Virus record (IMG/VR): IMGVR_UViG_3300025322_000026
Coordinates: 1-54,461 of that record
Reading direction: 5' to 3' (one strand)
DNA length: 54,461 nucleotides
Origin: a virus
Lineage: Duplodnaviria; Caudoviricetes
The stretch's first letter is position 1; every line of letters begins with the position of its first letter. Under the pieces are notes generated by a model. It did no database searches, had not been told where the DNA came from, and saw nothing but the letters and a program-made list of their open reading frames with translations. The position numbers and the translations under genes are program-made. This document shows, piece by piece, positions 17,939 through 26,969 of this stretch.

Positions 17939-20900
17939 GCTTCGGCCTCGGCCATCTTCATGATCTGCTTCACCGCACCAATGATCCGTTCGGCTTTCGC
18001 CTCACCGATGCCGCGGTATTCCGTCAATCCTTCGATCCCGAGATTGATCAAATCTTCCGGGCCTTCAATTCCAGCCTCTTTGAGTTGCCTGTGGATGTCC
18101 GCGGTTATGCCCGGAAGTTTCTGGAGATCAAACTTGGCTTTGGCTCGCGGGATTATTCGCTGCACTTCTTGAACCGCCGAACCTTGAACTGCGACTGGGC
18201 GGAAGGGATCCTCAGCGATGGGCTGCGGAGGAGCTGGGGGTGGCAGCTTGGGTGCTGGAGGGACGATGGTCTGCATCTGCTGGAAGTACTGAGGCTGGTT
18301 GGCTACATCCGCTTTGTGGACAAGGAACTGCTCGGCACCTCCCCCTGATCTGTAGCCATATTTGGTCTTCGTGGCTCCCCCGACCACGACATGAGTACCT
18401 CGGTTCGGGTGCATGTACTTGATGAGAACGAAATCGTCATCTGCCATCGATGTGTCCTTTACTGCCGAACCATTGCCGCCAACCATCATCTTGGCTGGAG
18501 GCATCGGAGACCTTGCCTTGGTTCCACCCGCACACCCACATGCCACGACCTCTATCTCCTCATACTTCCGTCGCAGGTATTCTACAACAGTGCTATGTTC
18601 TTGCAAACCTAGTTCTCGGCGGTTTCCCGTATCGAACCTGTAGACGAGCAGTTCTTTTTCCAGATGATGATAGCACTTCCCGGCCCGGGCCATCCGCCAG
18701 TGATAGTCTACATCCTCCCACGTCCTGAGAGACTCATCAAATCCGCCGACCTCCTGGTGCCAAGACCGGGGGATCAGGCAGGTCACGTTCGTCCAGATGT
18801 AGGGGTTGTCTTCGGGCTGGGCCTGGGCCCGGTTGGGATCGTAGTCCGCGGCTTTGTAGCCAATCACGGAATGACCCGTGATCGGATCCCGATAGTAGAG
18901 CTTGCTCCGCAGCTTCGGGTTCAGTTCATCGGGATTGGAGATCGTCGCCTTTCCCACATAGTCACTGTAGACAATCGCCTCTTCCTGCCCCCAGGCGTTG
19001 ACCATTTCCTCGAGTGCCTCGGGGTAGAGCCAGTCATCCGCGTCCAGGAACATCAGGAATGGCGCTCGAGCCTTGGATGCCCCGAGGTTTCTGGAGTGAC
19101 CTGCTCCTAATTTTCCCGCTGACGGGAACCAACGGACATAGGGATAGGCGTCCTTGAGGCTCTGCGGGATCTCCACGCCAGCATCCCAGACCGCGTTGAC
19201 CTCCCACCTTCGGAGTGTCTGAGCCTCAAGGCTATCCAGAGCATCAATGACCTTGGTTTCATGGCCGGGTCCGATCGGGATAACCACTGAGACAATCGGT
19301 TCATCGTATTGTCTCACAGGATGGCTCAGGCGCTCCGGTGTGGCGACTGAGGCGAACGGGTGCTGGCCATCTCTTGTCCAGGGGTGCCAAGCCAGCCAGT
19401 CGGCTTCCTGGTAGTTTCTATCCCCACTCACCCGTCCACTCTGCCAAGAGTAGACAAATAGTGGCGCATCCGTGGCTTTGACTGCGCCCCAACCATAGGC
19501 GCCAGCCCTCAGCCAGAATTCCGCGTCCTCGGCTCCCGCGCCTCCCGATCCTTCATAACGGGATCGATAGCCTCCGAGTCTCTGCCACATCGCCCGCCTG
19601 AATACGCAGGCTGTCGGGATCTGATTCCGCCGGCGTAACTGTTGATCGAAGTCGAAGTCTCCGGGCCATTCGCTGACACCAGACGATCCATCGGGCTTGA
19701 TCCATTGGAGCTTGGTGTAGGCAATCCCGAGTTCTGGATGTCCTTCCAGTGCATTGATGCAAGCACTCAAGAATCTAGGATCGATGGAATCGTCGGCGTC
19801 GAGGCAGGTGATGTATTGGGATCGGACTTCGGCGATCCCGCGGTTCCGGGCGGCAGACACCCCGCCACGCTCCTGTCGGACCAGACGAAGACGGGGGTCG
19901 TGGAAGTCTGCCACCACTCGTTCCAGTTCTTTTCCATCGTCTGAGCCATCGTCAACGACGACCACCGCCTCCAGGAGTTCATAAGACTGTCGTAAGGCAC
20001 TGTCGATTGCCCTCCCTACTTTGTCGCTGTAGTTCCAGCATGGAATGATGATCGCCGCGGTCGCGGGTGGCTCAAACATCGCCTCTTGATAGACTGCATA
20101 GACTTTCTCGCAGGCTTTCTCCCAGGTCCATTCCTTCGCAAGTTCTCGAGCATTCGCGCCCAAAGTCTCTCGATTCTGAATGCAGTATTCCAATCCATCT
20201 GCGAGGTCATCATAGTTCCCGGTCGTTGCCAGATAGCCATTGATCCCATGCTGGATAAGGTCGACATTCCCGCCGTGGGCGAAACCCAACACTGGAACAC
20301 CAGAAGCCAAAGCCTCAAGCGTCCCAATTCCGAATGTCTCTTTAGTTGTTGAGAGATAGACACCAGCCGCCTGAACGATCTTCTTCATCGTGGCGTGAGC
20401 GACAAGGCCGATCTCTTTCACATTCCTTGGTCTGAGCTTTGGGGCGAAGGTTGAGACGAATGTGATGGTCGGGAACATCCGCGCCAGCTTCGCCATCGGT
20501 TCAGGCGAACAAACATCGGCTGCCCGGTTCTTATTCCATAGGATATAGCCCTCGTTGCCTTCGTTGTGCTGCCAGTCATCCCAGGTGATTCCATGAGGGA
20601 TCACTACAGGGTCAACCCGAATGTCCCGCTGGATAGTTTCTGCAACCCACTTGGATGGAACTGTGATCTTGCGCGCGGATCGGATCGACTGAACGACTGA
20701 TTGATTGGCCTTGAATTCCCAACCAGCAGAGTCGTAATCACCGGACCAGTAGAGTCCGTGGAGATGAGAGACGTCCGCATCTGGGGCTATTCCCGCGTGG
20801 CCGATCTTGAGGTCATAGTTCTCGGAACCGGGTTTCACCATCTTGGCTCCGAAGGCAGGGAGATACTTGAAGTAGGCCTCGATAACACGGCGAATGCCCG

Positions 20901-20949
20901 ATTCCTCTTTACCGACCTCCGAAAGATGAGGCACCATCCGAATCTTCAC
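17935..20949 (-). CDS. Multidomain glycosyltransferase GT4-GT2-GT2 with C-terminal CGC module and HhH domain
   Basis: ETFGIGTLEALASG (GT4); IIIPCWN..VVDDGS..CLDADD (GT2); VVIPIG..FLDADD..WED (GT2); LPGIT..GIGEAKAERII (HhH). Confidence 0.9.
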   Translation of the reverse strand: MKIRMVPHLSEVGKEESGIRRVIEAYFKYLPAFGAKMVKPGSENYDLKIGHAGIAPDADVSHLHGLYWSGDYDSAGWEFKANQSVVQSIRSARKITVPSKWVAETIQRDIRVDPVVIPHGITWDDWQHNEGNEGYILWNKNRAADVCSPEPMAKLARMFPTITFVSTFAPKLRPRNVKEIGLVAHATMKKIVQAAGVYLSTTKETFGIGTLEALASGVPVLGFAHGGNVDLIQHGINGYLATTGNYDDLADGLEYCIQNRETLGANARELAKEWTWEKACEKVYAVYQEAMFEPPATAAIIIPCWNYSDKVGRAIDSALRQSYELLEAVVVVDDGSDDGKELERVVADFHDPRLRLVRQERGGVSAARNRGIAEVRSQYITCLDADDSIDPRFLSACINALEGHPELGIAYTKLQWIKPDGSSGVSEWPGDFDFDQQLRRRNQIPTACVFRRAMWQRLGGYRSRYEGSGGAGAEDAEFWLRAGAYGWGAVKATDAPLFVYSWQSGRVSGDRNYQEADWLAWHPWTRDGQHPFASVATPERLSHPVRQYDEPIVSVVIPIGPGHETKVIDALDSLEAQTLRRWEVNAVWDAGVEIPQSLKDAYPYVRWFPSAGKLGAGHSRNLGASKARAPFLMFLDADDWLYPEALEEMVNAWGQEEAIVYSDYVGKATISNPDELNPKLRSKLYYRDPITGHSVIGYKAADYDPNRAQAQPEDNPYIWTNVTCLIPRSWHQEVGGFDESLRTWEDVDYHWRMARAGKCYHHLEKELLVYRFDTGNRRELGLQEHSTVVEYLRRKYEEIEVVACGCAGGTKARSPMPPAKMMVGGNGSAVKDTSMADDDFVLIKYMHPNRGTHVVVGGATKTKYGYRSGGGAEQFLVHKADVANQPQYFQQMQTIVPPAPKLPPPAPPQPIAEDPFRPVAVQGSAVQEVQRIIPRAKAKFDLQKLPGITADIHRQLKEAGIEGPEDLINLGIEGLTEYRGIGEAKAERIIGAVKQIMKMAEAEA

Positions 20950-21149
20950 TTCACCGCCTCTTTGGCTTTCGTGAAACGGTCAACGAAGTCCTTGCCATAG
21001 TCCTCGGCTCTGGACCTCTGCCGAAATTTTCTCTTGAGGGTCTGCCAGCGCGTCATCGTGCCCAATCGACGAATGCCGATCTCGGCTTGGTGCCATTTCT
21101 TGCCAAGGCTGAGGCTCTTGAACTTCCGCGTTCGGTAGACCACTCGCAT
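20946..21149 (-). CDS. Small basic hypothetical protein
   Basis: Overlap-coupled on both sides. Confidence 0.5.
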   Translation of the reverse strand: MRVVYRTRKFKSLSLGKKWHQAEIGIRRLGTMTRWQTLKRKFRQRSRAEDYGKDFVDRFTKAKEAVK

Positions 21150-21430
21150 CAGGGATAGATCCTCTGGATGATCTCACCTGCGATTATCGCACAACTTGGG
21201 GGGCCACTGACCCAGACTTCATAGAGTTTCTCAGGGGCCACACTATGACCTTTCATCATGCCGCGGATCGTCTCTCTTCCCACTCCCAATGCGCTCGCGA
21301 GACCGGATATGGTTTTGTATCTGTCTCGGTATTCCAGGACAATGATCTTCGTGCGTTTTCTGACCTCACCCCAAGGCCAACGCGCCCTATTTCGTTCGGG
21401 ATCGACAGCCCTAAGCGTTGACATAGCCAA
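21149..21430 (-). CDS. Small HTH-like protein
   Basis: TISGLASALGVGRETIRGMMKG. Confidence 0.55.
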   Translation of the reverse strand: MAMSTLRAVDPERNRARWPWGEVRKRTKIIVLEYRDRYKTISGLASALGVGRETIRGMMKGHSVAPEKLYEVWVSGPPSCAIIAGEIIQRIYP

Positions 21431-22079
21431 GGTCCCTCATTGTTCCGCCAAAGATCTTGAGGCCCTCTTGAAGGACATCCTTTGGCATTTCTTGCCGCCA
21501 TCGGCCGACCTTGCCATGGCCAAATGCTAGTCTTTGATGATCGGGGCCATAGGGCATATCCTCAGTGATGTTGTTAATTCGCACACTCCAGGACTGCCGC
21601 CACACAGCTTCCCGTACTGCATGAGGATCAAAAGATAGGTCGAGGAAAACCAATATCCGGCCAAGTTCTCTGGCTGTCCTCTGGTGCAGATCCTCATATC
21701 TGATCCGGACACCTATTTCAGAACAGGCTTCAATCGCGCTTGACCAGGATTCCATCCTGATGAGTGCATCAATCCAGGTTGACTTATAGTATTCGCGTAG
21801 ACTCAGAAGGACATCCCGAGGATCTCGAACGATTTGAGCAACCGATTTCCCGATGAAGTTGCCAAGGCCACGGTCTCGATTCGATGGATCAAATAAGCCG
21901 TCAGGATGCCTCAACCGGATTACGAAAGGTCCTGGTCTATCATGGCCCTCATCGGCATTCGATGGAAACTCCTTTCCTGATTCAATGGGACAATTCAGGA
22001 CATGCCCAAGTAACCGGGAAAGCCATGAATTTCCGCTCCTCGGGAACCCGAGTACGAAGATCTCCTGTCGCTCAGTCAT
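21411..22079 (-). CDS. PAPS-dependent sulfotransferase
   Basis: GFPRSGNSW (5'-PSB), VRDPRDVLLS (3'-PB), RYEDL, GKVGRW; start placed at the ATG overlapping the FkbM gene end. Confidence 0.88.
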   Translation of the reverse strand: MTERQEIFVLGFPRSGNSWLSRLLGHVLNCPIESGKEFPSNADEGHDRPGPFVIRLRHPDGLFDPSNRDRGLGNFIGKSVAQIVRDPRDVLLSLREYYKSTWIDALIRMESWSSAIEACSEIGVRIRYEDLHQRTARELGRILVFLDLSFDPHAVREAVWRQSWSVRINNITEDMPYGPDHQRLAFGHGKVGRWRQEMPKDVLQEGLKIFGGTMRDLGYVNA

Positions 22080-22728
22080 TGACAACGAAGATGCTATTGG
22101 TTCCGTCTGCGTAGACTTTGGAGTAGCCATGTTTCTGGATCATCTCGGGAAGTCCTTCACCGATCCGGCGCAGTTCTTCTCCAGGATGGTTTTCCATGAG
22201 TTGCCACACCATGACCTTGGGCCTCCAGTATGCTAGGTTGAATCCATTCAGTACCAGCCGTTCACTTCCGTAGGTATTTACACAGAGCAGATCAAAGTCT
22301 GTGGGCCATGCGTAGTATTCGAGGGCCCAATCTAGTGTGACTGTCCGGACATTCACGAATTCGTCGGGCGTCAGGGCCGCGCCGCTTCGGTTCATCACAG
22401 GAGCATGGTGGAGTTCCAGAGTTGAGAAGATGTCCGAAATGTACAGAGGCTGGTTATCGTTCTCCCCGGATACCGCGTAGGGAAGTACGAGGGCATCGTG
22501 GCCGGCGTGATTGCGGACGCACTTCCCAAATGCCTCTGGCAGAGGCTCCAGGAGTAACCCCTTCCATCCGAGTTCCGAGAATTCCCATGTCTTCGACCAG
22601 CGCAGTCCATCATAAGCACCGACATCCACGAAATAGCCATCATCCTTGAAGCCAACATGGTTCTCTAGGATCTCGGGGAGATTCTGAAGCTGACAGTCTG
22701 ACACGACCTTGTAGGATGATGTCATCAT
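22072..22728 (-). CDS. FkbM-family methyltransferase (atypical motifs)
   Basis: FVDVGAYDG, GWKGLLLEP, TVTLD; the usual IDxEG.E motif reads VNTYGSE. Confidence 0.8.
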   Translation of the reverse strand: MMTSSYKVVSDCQLQNLPEILENHVGFKDDGYFVDVGAYDGLRWSKTWEFSELGWKGLLLEPLPEAFGKCVRNHAGHDALVLPYAVSGENDNQPLYISDIFSTLELHHAPVMNRSGAALTPDEFVNVRTVTLDWALEYYAWPTDFDLLCVNTYGSERLVLNGFNLAYWRPKVMVWQLMENHPGEELRRIGEGLPEMIQKHGYSKVYADGTNSIFVVND

Positions 22729-23567
22729 GCTATGAATCTATCGCGCAGGACATGCTCATAGATCCAATCGTCCGTGATCTCATAGTCCTCGACCAGTTGG
22801 AGATTGTGGGCGATGCCGGGAAGCATCTCGCCCCACAACTTGGGTGTCAGTCCTCCGACAATCCCAAGGAGTTCATCGACGGTTTCAAACTTGATGATCC
22901 CGCTTGTGTCAAAGAAGTCACCTACATTCGAGCATCCCCACTGGATCGGTATAGTTCCCTGAGAGAAAGCATCCAGGATCGGCTCCCCGAAGTTGTTCTC
23001 TTCGTTGCAGGCCTCAATGACAATCGTGAAGCGATAGTCTGCAAGAACCTGGACTTTCGTTTCCCAGCCATACCGAGTAGGCGTTCCCTTGAAGTCGAAG
23101 AAATCCACCTCGGCACCGGCGATCTCAAGCGCGTCCCCGACTACATGCCGGAATTTGTGTCCCTCAGTCGCCATCTTGACCCCATAGAGCATCGAGAGCA
23201 TCTTGCTCTTGGGCTGGATACCCCACCTATCGCGCGGGACCCACACGCCACAGCAAGGCGCGAAAGTGAATCCCGGCAGGCTGAGGAAAGACTTGTAGTA
23301 GGTGAGGATCGTGTCGAACTTGTCTGAGACGGTTACTGCCCGATGGTAAGTCATCGGATGGAGGCAGTAGGGCTCATGGAGCCAGCCGATCTTGAAGCGC
23401 GAAGTCACGCGGTCAACGATCGGGTTATTGATGTATTCATCTGTGAAGATCGTGATGCCGTCCCAGTTCATCTGCTCTCGGACATATTCAACATTCCGCG
23501 CGGTCTTCCCGAAGACGCTGCATGGACAGTCTCGGAAGTTGTAGTCGAAGAGATTGATCTGGATCAC
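22725..23567 (-). CDS. GT10 (fucosyltransferase)-like glycosyltransferase
   Basis: YRFTIVIEA...FGEPILDAF..GTIPIQWG matches the GT10 C-terminal motif with substitutions. Confidence 0.7.
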   Translation of the reverse strand: MIQINLFDYNFRDCPCSVFGKTARNVEYVREQMNWDGITIFTDEYINNPIVDRVTSRFKIGWLHEPYCLHPMTYHRAVTVSDKFDTILTYYKSFLSLPGFTFAPCCGVWVPRDRWGIQPKSKMLSMLYGVKMATEGHKFRHVVGDALEIAGAEVDFFDFKGTPTRYGWETKVQVLADYRFTIVIEACNEENNFGEPILDAFSQGTIPIQWGCSNVGDFFDTSGIIKFETVDELLGIVGGLTPKLWGEMLPGIAHNLQLVEDYEITDDWIYEHVLRDRFIA

Positions 23568-23866
23568 AGCATGGCCTTCAGCGCTTTTCTATTTGCCTGT
23601 CCAGCAGCATCGAGACCATCGCTTTCGACGACCCGCATATAGGCCTTCGCTCCCATCCATGTCCAAAATCCGATGTTCTCATTTCTGCCATCATGAAGAG
23701 CATCTGGGCATTTCTCTGGTTCTCCCTCGAAGGCCTCAATTGTTCCTCTAGTGGTTTCGTAGATCCTGACATGCCGAGACAGATTTTCGGAATTGAACCC
23801 AGCTCGCTTTAATGCTTCGAGTAGTTCTGCGGTTCGGGCCTGTTACAGATTCATACAGGGCTGCAT
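23564..23866 (-). pseudogene. 100-codon gene with in-frame TAA at codon 8
   Basis: AAGGAGG RBS, ATG 23866, TAA 23845-23843, frame then open to a TGA overlapping the next GTG start. Confidence 0.6.
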
Positions 23867-23867
23867 C

Positions 23868-24701
23868 TTAGACCTCCTTCAAACCGAATAGATAGTACCT
23901 TCCGCCGAGAGAAGGCATCTCCCAGCCAAACCATGAAATCTCGGGCCTCGCATCCTCGAAGTCCTGGAAATATCTCATATTGTCGATCCCGCCGAAACCG
24001 TCTTGATAGGCGATGAGATAGGACCGCACCCGCGCCTCTTCAAAGGTACGACGCTGATATAGCGGGAACTCACTCACCGAAAAGCACGCGATGAGAAGAT
24101 CCGCCTCAAGCTTTGAAGGCATCTCCGTCTGAAGTTCGATGTCCCAGATCCCGATGTTGCTCAGCCAGTATCGTTGTAGAAGCGATACCTCGGGGATGTC
24201 ATGGATCACATAGCGGCCCCGGAATCCAAGCCTCCGAGCAAGGAGGGCCATCGCTCCATAGCCTCCGCCGAACTCGAAGATGCTATCGAGATCGCCAATC
24301 CTGAGTCCTGTGGTGTCTTCCCAGTTCTTGAGGTGATAAGCCTGATGGACAAGGTTACCACTTGATCGGGGATAGAACCACAGCGGGGGTGGATCCCCGA
24401 ACCAGATTTCCTCGACTGCTTCCTGCCATCGCTTGGCGTCCGAGGCTCCTCGGAGAAGATTGAGTTCCCTTCCGATAAAAGGCGCGGTTCCAACGAACAT
24501 CGTGGCTGAGATCGTGGACCAGCGCAAAAACTTCTCTGGATCATCCCGCTGAACATGCCCCGCGAGTTCATACGCGTGTCGCTCCCAGGTGTAATCAGGA
24601 GGAGGACAATCAAACTTGTTGCCGATGGCTTTGAAGGCTTCCCTGAGATCTGTAACCGACATCCTCTTAATGGATTCGGTAGGCGACAAGGCAACTGACA
24701 T
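23868..24701 (-). CDS. Putative sugar O-methyltransferase
   Basis: IFEFGGGYG SAM motif, YVIHDIPEVSLLQRYWL, FSVSE. Confidence 0.8.
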   Translation of the reverse strand: MSVALSPTESIKRMSVTDLREAFKAIGNKFDCPPPDYTWERHAYELAGHVQRDDPEKFLRWSTISATMFVGTAPFIGRELNLLRGASDAKRWQEAVEEIWFGDPPPLWFYPRSSGNLVHQAYHLKNWEDTTGLRIGDLDSIFEFGGGYGAMALLARRLGFRGRYVIHDIPEVSLLQRYWLSNIGIWDIELQTEMPSKLEADLLIACFSVSEFPLYQRRTFEEARVRSYLIAYQDGFGGIDNMRYFQDFEDARPEISWFGWEMPSLGGRYYLFGLKEV

Positions 24702-24724
24702 TCATCACCTGGAATAGAATCGCA

Positions 24725-25435
24725 TCAGGCCTTTTCCCTGAGTTCGAACCAACCGGCAGCGGCCATTTCTTCCACGCGCTCAACAGGCATCCCCTCAAGA
24801 TTGAGAACCTGTCCAGGATCTCCACCTTTGAAAGCATTGATGTAGCGCATGGGTATCTGCCGGGTCCCCAATACGCGCATCGTCTCGGGGGGCGATGTCT
24901 GAACCTCAACCTGCCAAGGAGTTAGACCCGGCTGGAGGATCTCAAGCATCCGATCTCGATTCCATATCCCGGCTTGTAAGCTCATTTGGTAGGGTGTTCC
25001 GTGAGGAGTTTCAATGATGTCGTAATGCCCCCATGATTCTACATCAAACATGCCCCCCGCATAGAGCCTATCCGTGGTCAGATCCATCCGAAGGACCTCC
25101 GGGTGCATCCCCATGTAGTCAGCGAGGCTAGAGATTCCCTGGTGGTCGACTGTTCTGGAAATCCAGTAATCGTCAAGAAGTAAGGTAAAAAATGGCCCGA
25201 CCTCGGAGCGCAAAAGTTGGATCAGACCATCCGACCATTGTTCCTTCGGGAGTGCCTTCCAGTCGCTCATAGACACGACGCGGAAGTTCGGCGGAATCTC
25301 AAAGTCAAGCCGCGTGTCTGTGCCAACGATCACGGGCTGGAGTGCGCTCCAATATAGATTGAACAGGAAACTGAAAGGCTTCAGCGCCCAGGAATACGCG
25401 TCGCTCGTCAGAACGACGACGGGTAGATCCATCAT
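24725..25435 (-). CDS. GT-A fold glycosyltransferase-like protein
   Basis: VVVLTSDAY, WSDGL, LLLDDYW, SLQAGIW, PWQVE; directly after the capsid gene. Confidence 0.65.
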   Translation of the reverse strand: MMDLPVVVLTSDAYSWALKPFSFLFNLYWSALQPVIVGTDTRLDFEIPPNFRVVSMSDWKALPKEQWSDGLIQLLRSEVGPFFTLLLDDYWISRTVDHQGISSLADYMGMHPEVLRMDLTTDRLYAGGMFDVESWGHYDIIETPHGTPYQMSLQAGIWNRDRMLEILQPGLTPWQVEVQTSPPETMRVLGTRQIPMRYINAFKGGDPGQVLNLEGMPVERVEEMAAAGWFELREKA

Positions 25436-25463
25436 GCCACTCCCCTGTTTCCGAGGGTGGTTA

Positions 25464-25489
25464 TGGGGCGGGGATCACTCCCCGCCCCA
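25464..25489 (-). terminator. GC hairpin after major capsid (terminator or mRNA stabiliser)
   Basis: TGGGGCGGGGA-GTGA-TCCCCGCCCCA on the - strand, perfect 11-bp stem, no U tract. Confidence 0.6.
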
Positions 25490-25500
25490 CTCAGGTTGAT

Positions 25501-26934
25501 CTAGCGATTACCCCAGACCGCATAGGCACTGGGTTGGCCGCGCAGGCTGACCCCGCCGTCATAGTTGTACGGGCTGTCAGGATCCGGAGACCGCAAATGC
25601 TGGAGCGGGCTGTAGAGGACATGATCGATCCGCCCTGCCAACTGCGGCGTCCGCAGAACGACACGCGGTTCGATCTTGACCATCAGCTCGTAGCACCAAG
25701 CCAGGTTCTTGATGGCCCAGGAGAACAGGCCCCGATCGGTCCAGAACTCTTCCTTGCCGTTGAGCAGAGCGACATCCCGCAAACCAGCGGTGTAGTCGAC
25801 GTGCTCCATGTAGGTGACCGGGAAGTTGCCGGTGATCAGCAAGGGAACCATGTAGATCGAGCTGGCATAGCTCCCCGCGGGCACGTTGGCGTTATTGATG
25901 TTGGTATGCTCGAAGATCCCGGTGTCTGTGACCACGGCATAGCGATTGCCGTTGATGTCGATGTACTTCCCGTTCCGCATCGCATCCCGCTCGGCCACGT
26001 TCTCTCGACCATCGATCGCAACGCTGGAAGTCCCGACCACGGAGGTCGCGCACTTGTTCGTGTTGTACTGGCATGGCCAGCAGGAACTCAACTCGAACCA
26101 CAGTTCCGGGCGCATGGCGATGATCCAGGTCGCCGGGGTGAGGCCCATCGTCTCGGCGTTGAACCGCAGATAGAACTCGAGCATCGATAGGTATTCCACG
26201 ATGCTAGGGGTGACACCGCACACGCTGCCGTAGGCGAAGTCCTTCACATCCGAATCCAGCGCCGGGCAGGCCTGGTTCGTGTCGGCATCCACCTGTCCTG
26301 TGGCGATCTGGTTATCCAGACCTGGGAACTCAGCGTAGCCTCCGCCCGCGTTATTGTTCGCCGGCGATCCCTGCCAGGTCATCACGTTCAGCTTGCGCTC
26401 AAGCCGAACCCCAGCTGAGACCATTTCCGACATCGTATAGATGTTCACGATGTCTGCTTCACTCAGGCCCGCGGGCGTGAGGCCCTCAAGCCCAAGCATC
26501 CGACCCCGGAGTTGAAGATCGGTGTTGATCCCGCCGTGCAGTTGGCGCATCACCTTGTCGAACTCGATGGTGTTGGTCGCCCGGGCAACGCGCCCAAAGG
26601 CCGCGGTGAGGTTGCAGCCCTTGAGGTATCCGCTCGGCGCATTGTCGCACGGGTAGGCGGGCTCATTCCCGACATCATCGGTTATGCCGGTGATGGTTCC
26701 GAACCTCGGCTGCTCGAGGACGCTGGCGAAGCGCGGTAACTTCTCTAGAAGCCCAAACGGCCGGACCTGCGCGGAGATGATGTCGCGCTCGAGGCCCGAG
26801 ACAGAGAATACGCCACCCGCCCCGAACAATGATCCAGGGCCAGTGACGTGTGCCTGCACATCTTTCTTTCCGATCCTATCGGCAGCCAACACGAATGCCT
26901 CAGCTAGCTGCTCTACGACGCTATCCTTTTCCAT
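25501..26934 (-). CDS. Major capsid protein
   Basis: Follows protease/scaffold; AAGGAGGA RBS; EFPGLDNQI and closing AGRIDHV patterns; downstream hairpin. Confidence 0.8.
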   Translation of the reverse strand: MEKDSVVEQLAEAFVLAADRIGKKDVQAHVTGPGSLFGAGGVFSVSGLERDIISAQVRPFGLLEKLPRFASVLEQPRFGTITGITDDVGNEPAYPCDNAPSGYLKGCNLTAAFGRVARATNTIEFDKVMRQLHGGINTDLQLRGRMLGLEGLTPAGLSEADIVNIYTMSEMVSAGVRLERKLNVMTWQGSPANNNAGGGYAEFPGLDNQIATGQVDADTNQACPALDSDVKDFAYGSVCGVTPSIVEYLSMLEFYLRFNAETMGLTPATWIIAMRPELWFELSSCWPCQYNTNKCATSVVGTSSVAIDGRENVAERDAMRNGKYIDINGNRYAVVTDTGIFEHTNINNANVPAGSYASSIYMVPLLITGNFPVTYMEHVDYTAGLRDVALLNGKEEFWTDRGLFSWAIKNLAWCYELMVKIEPRVVLRTPQLAGRIDHVLYSPLQHLRSPDPDSPYNYDGGVSLRGQPSAYAVWGNR

Positions 26935-26969
26935 GTCCTGATTCCTCCTTTTGTTTTCGTAGAGCTGGC

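Noticed and set aside
19113-19128. TTCCCGCTGACGGGAA resembling the 17-bp palindrome
   Set aside because: One base shorter and inside a coding region; probably chance.
23843-23845. Stop-codon reassignment
   Set aside because: TAA, TAG and TGA all terminate well-supported genes here (e.g. portal TAA, capsid TAG, terL TGA).
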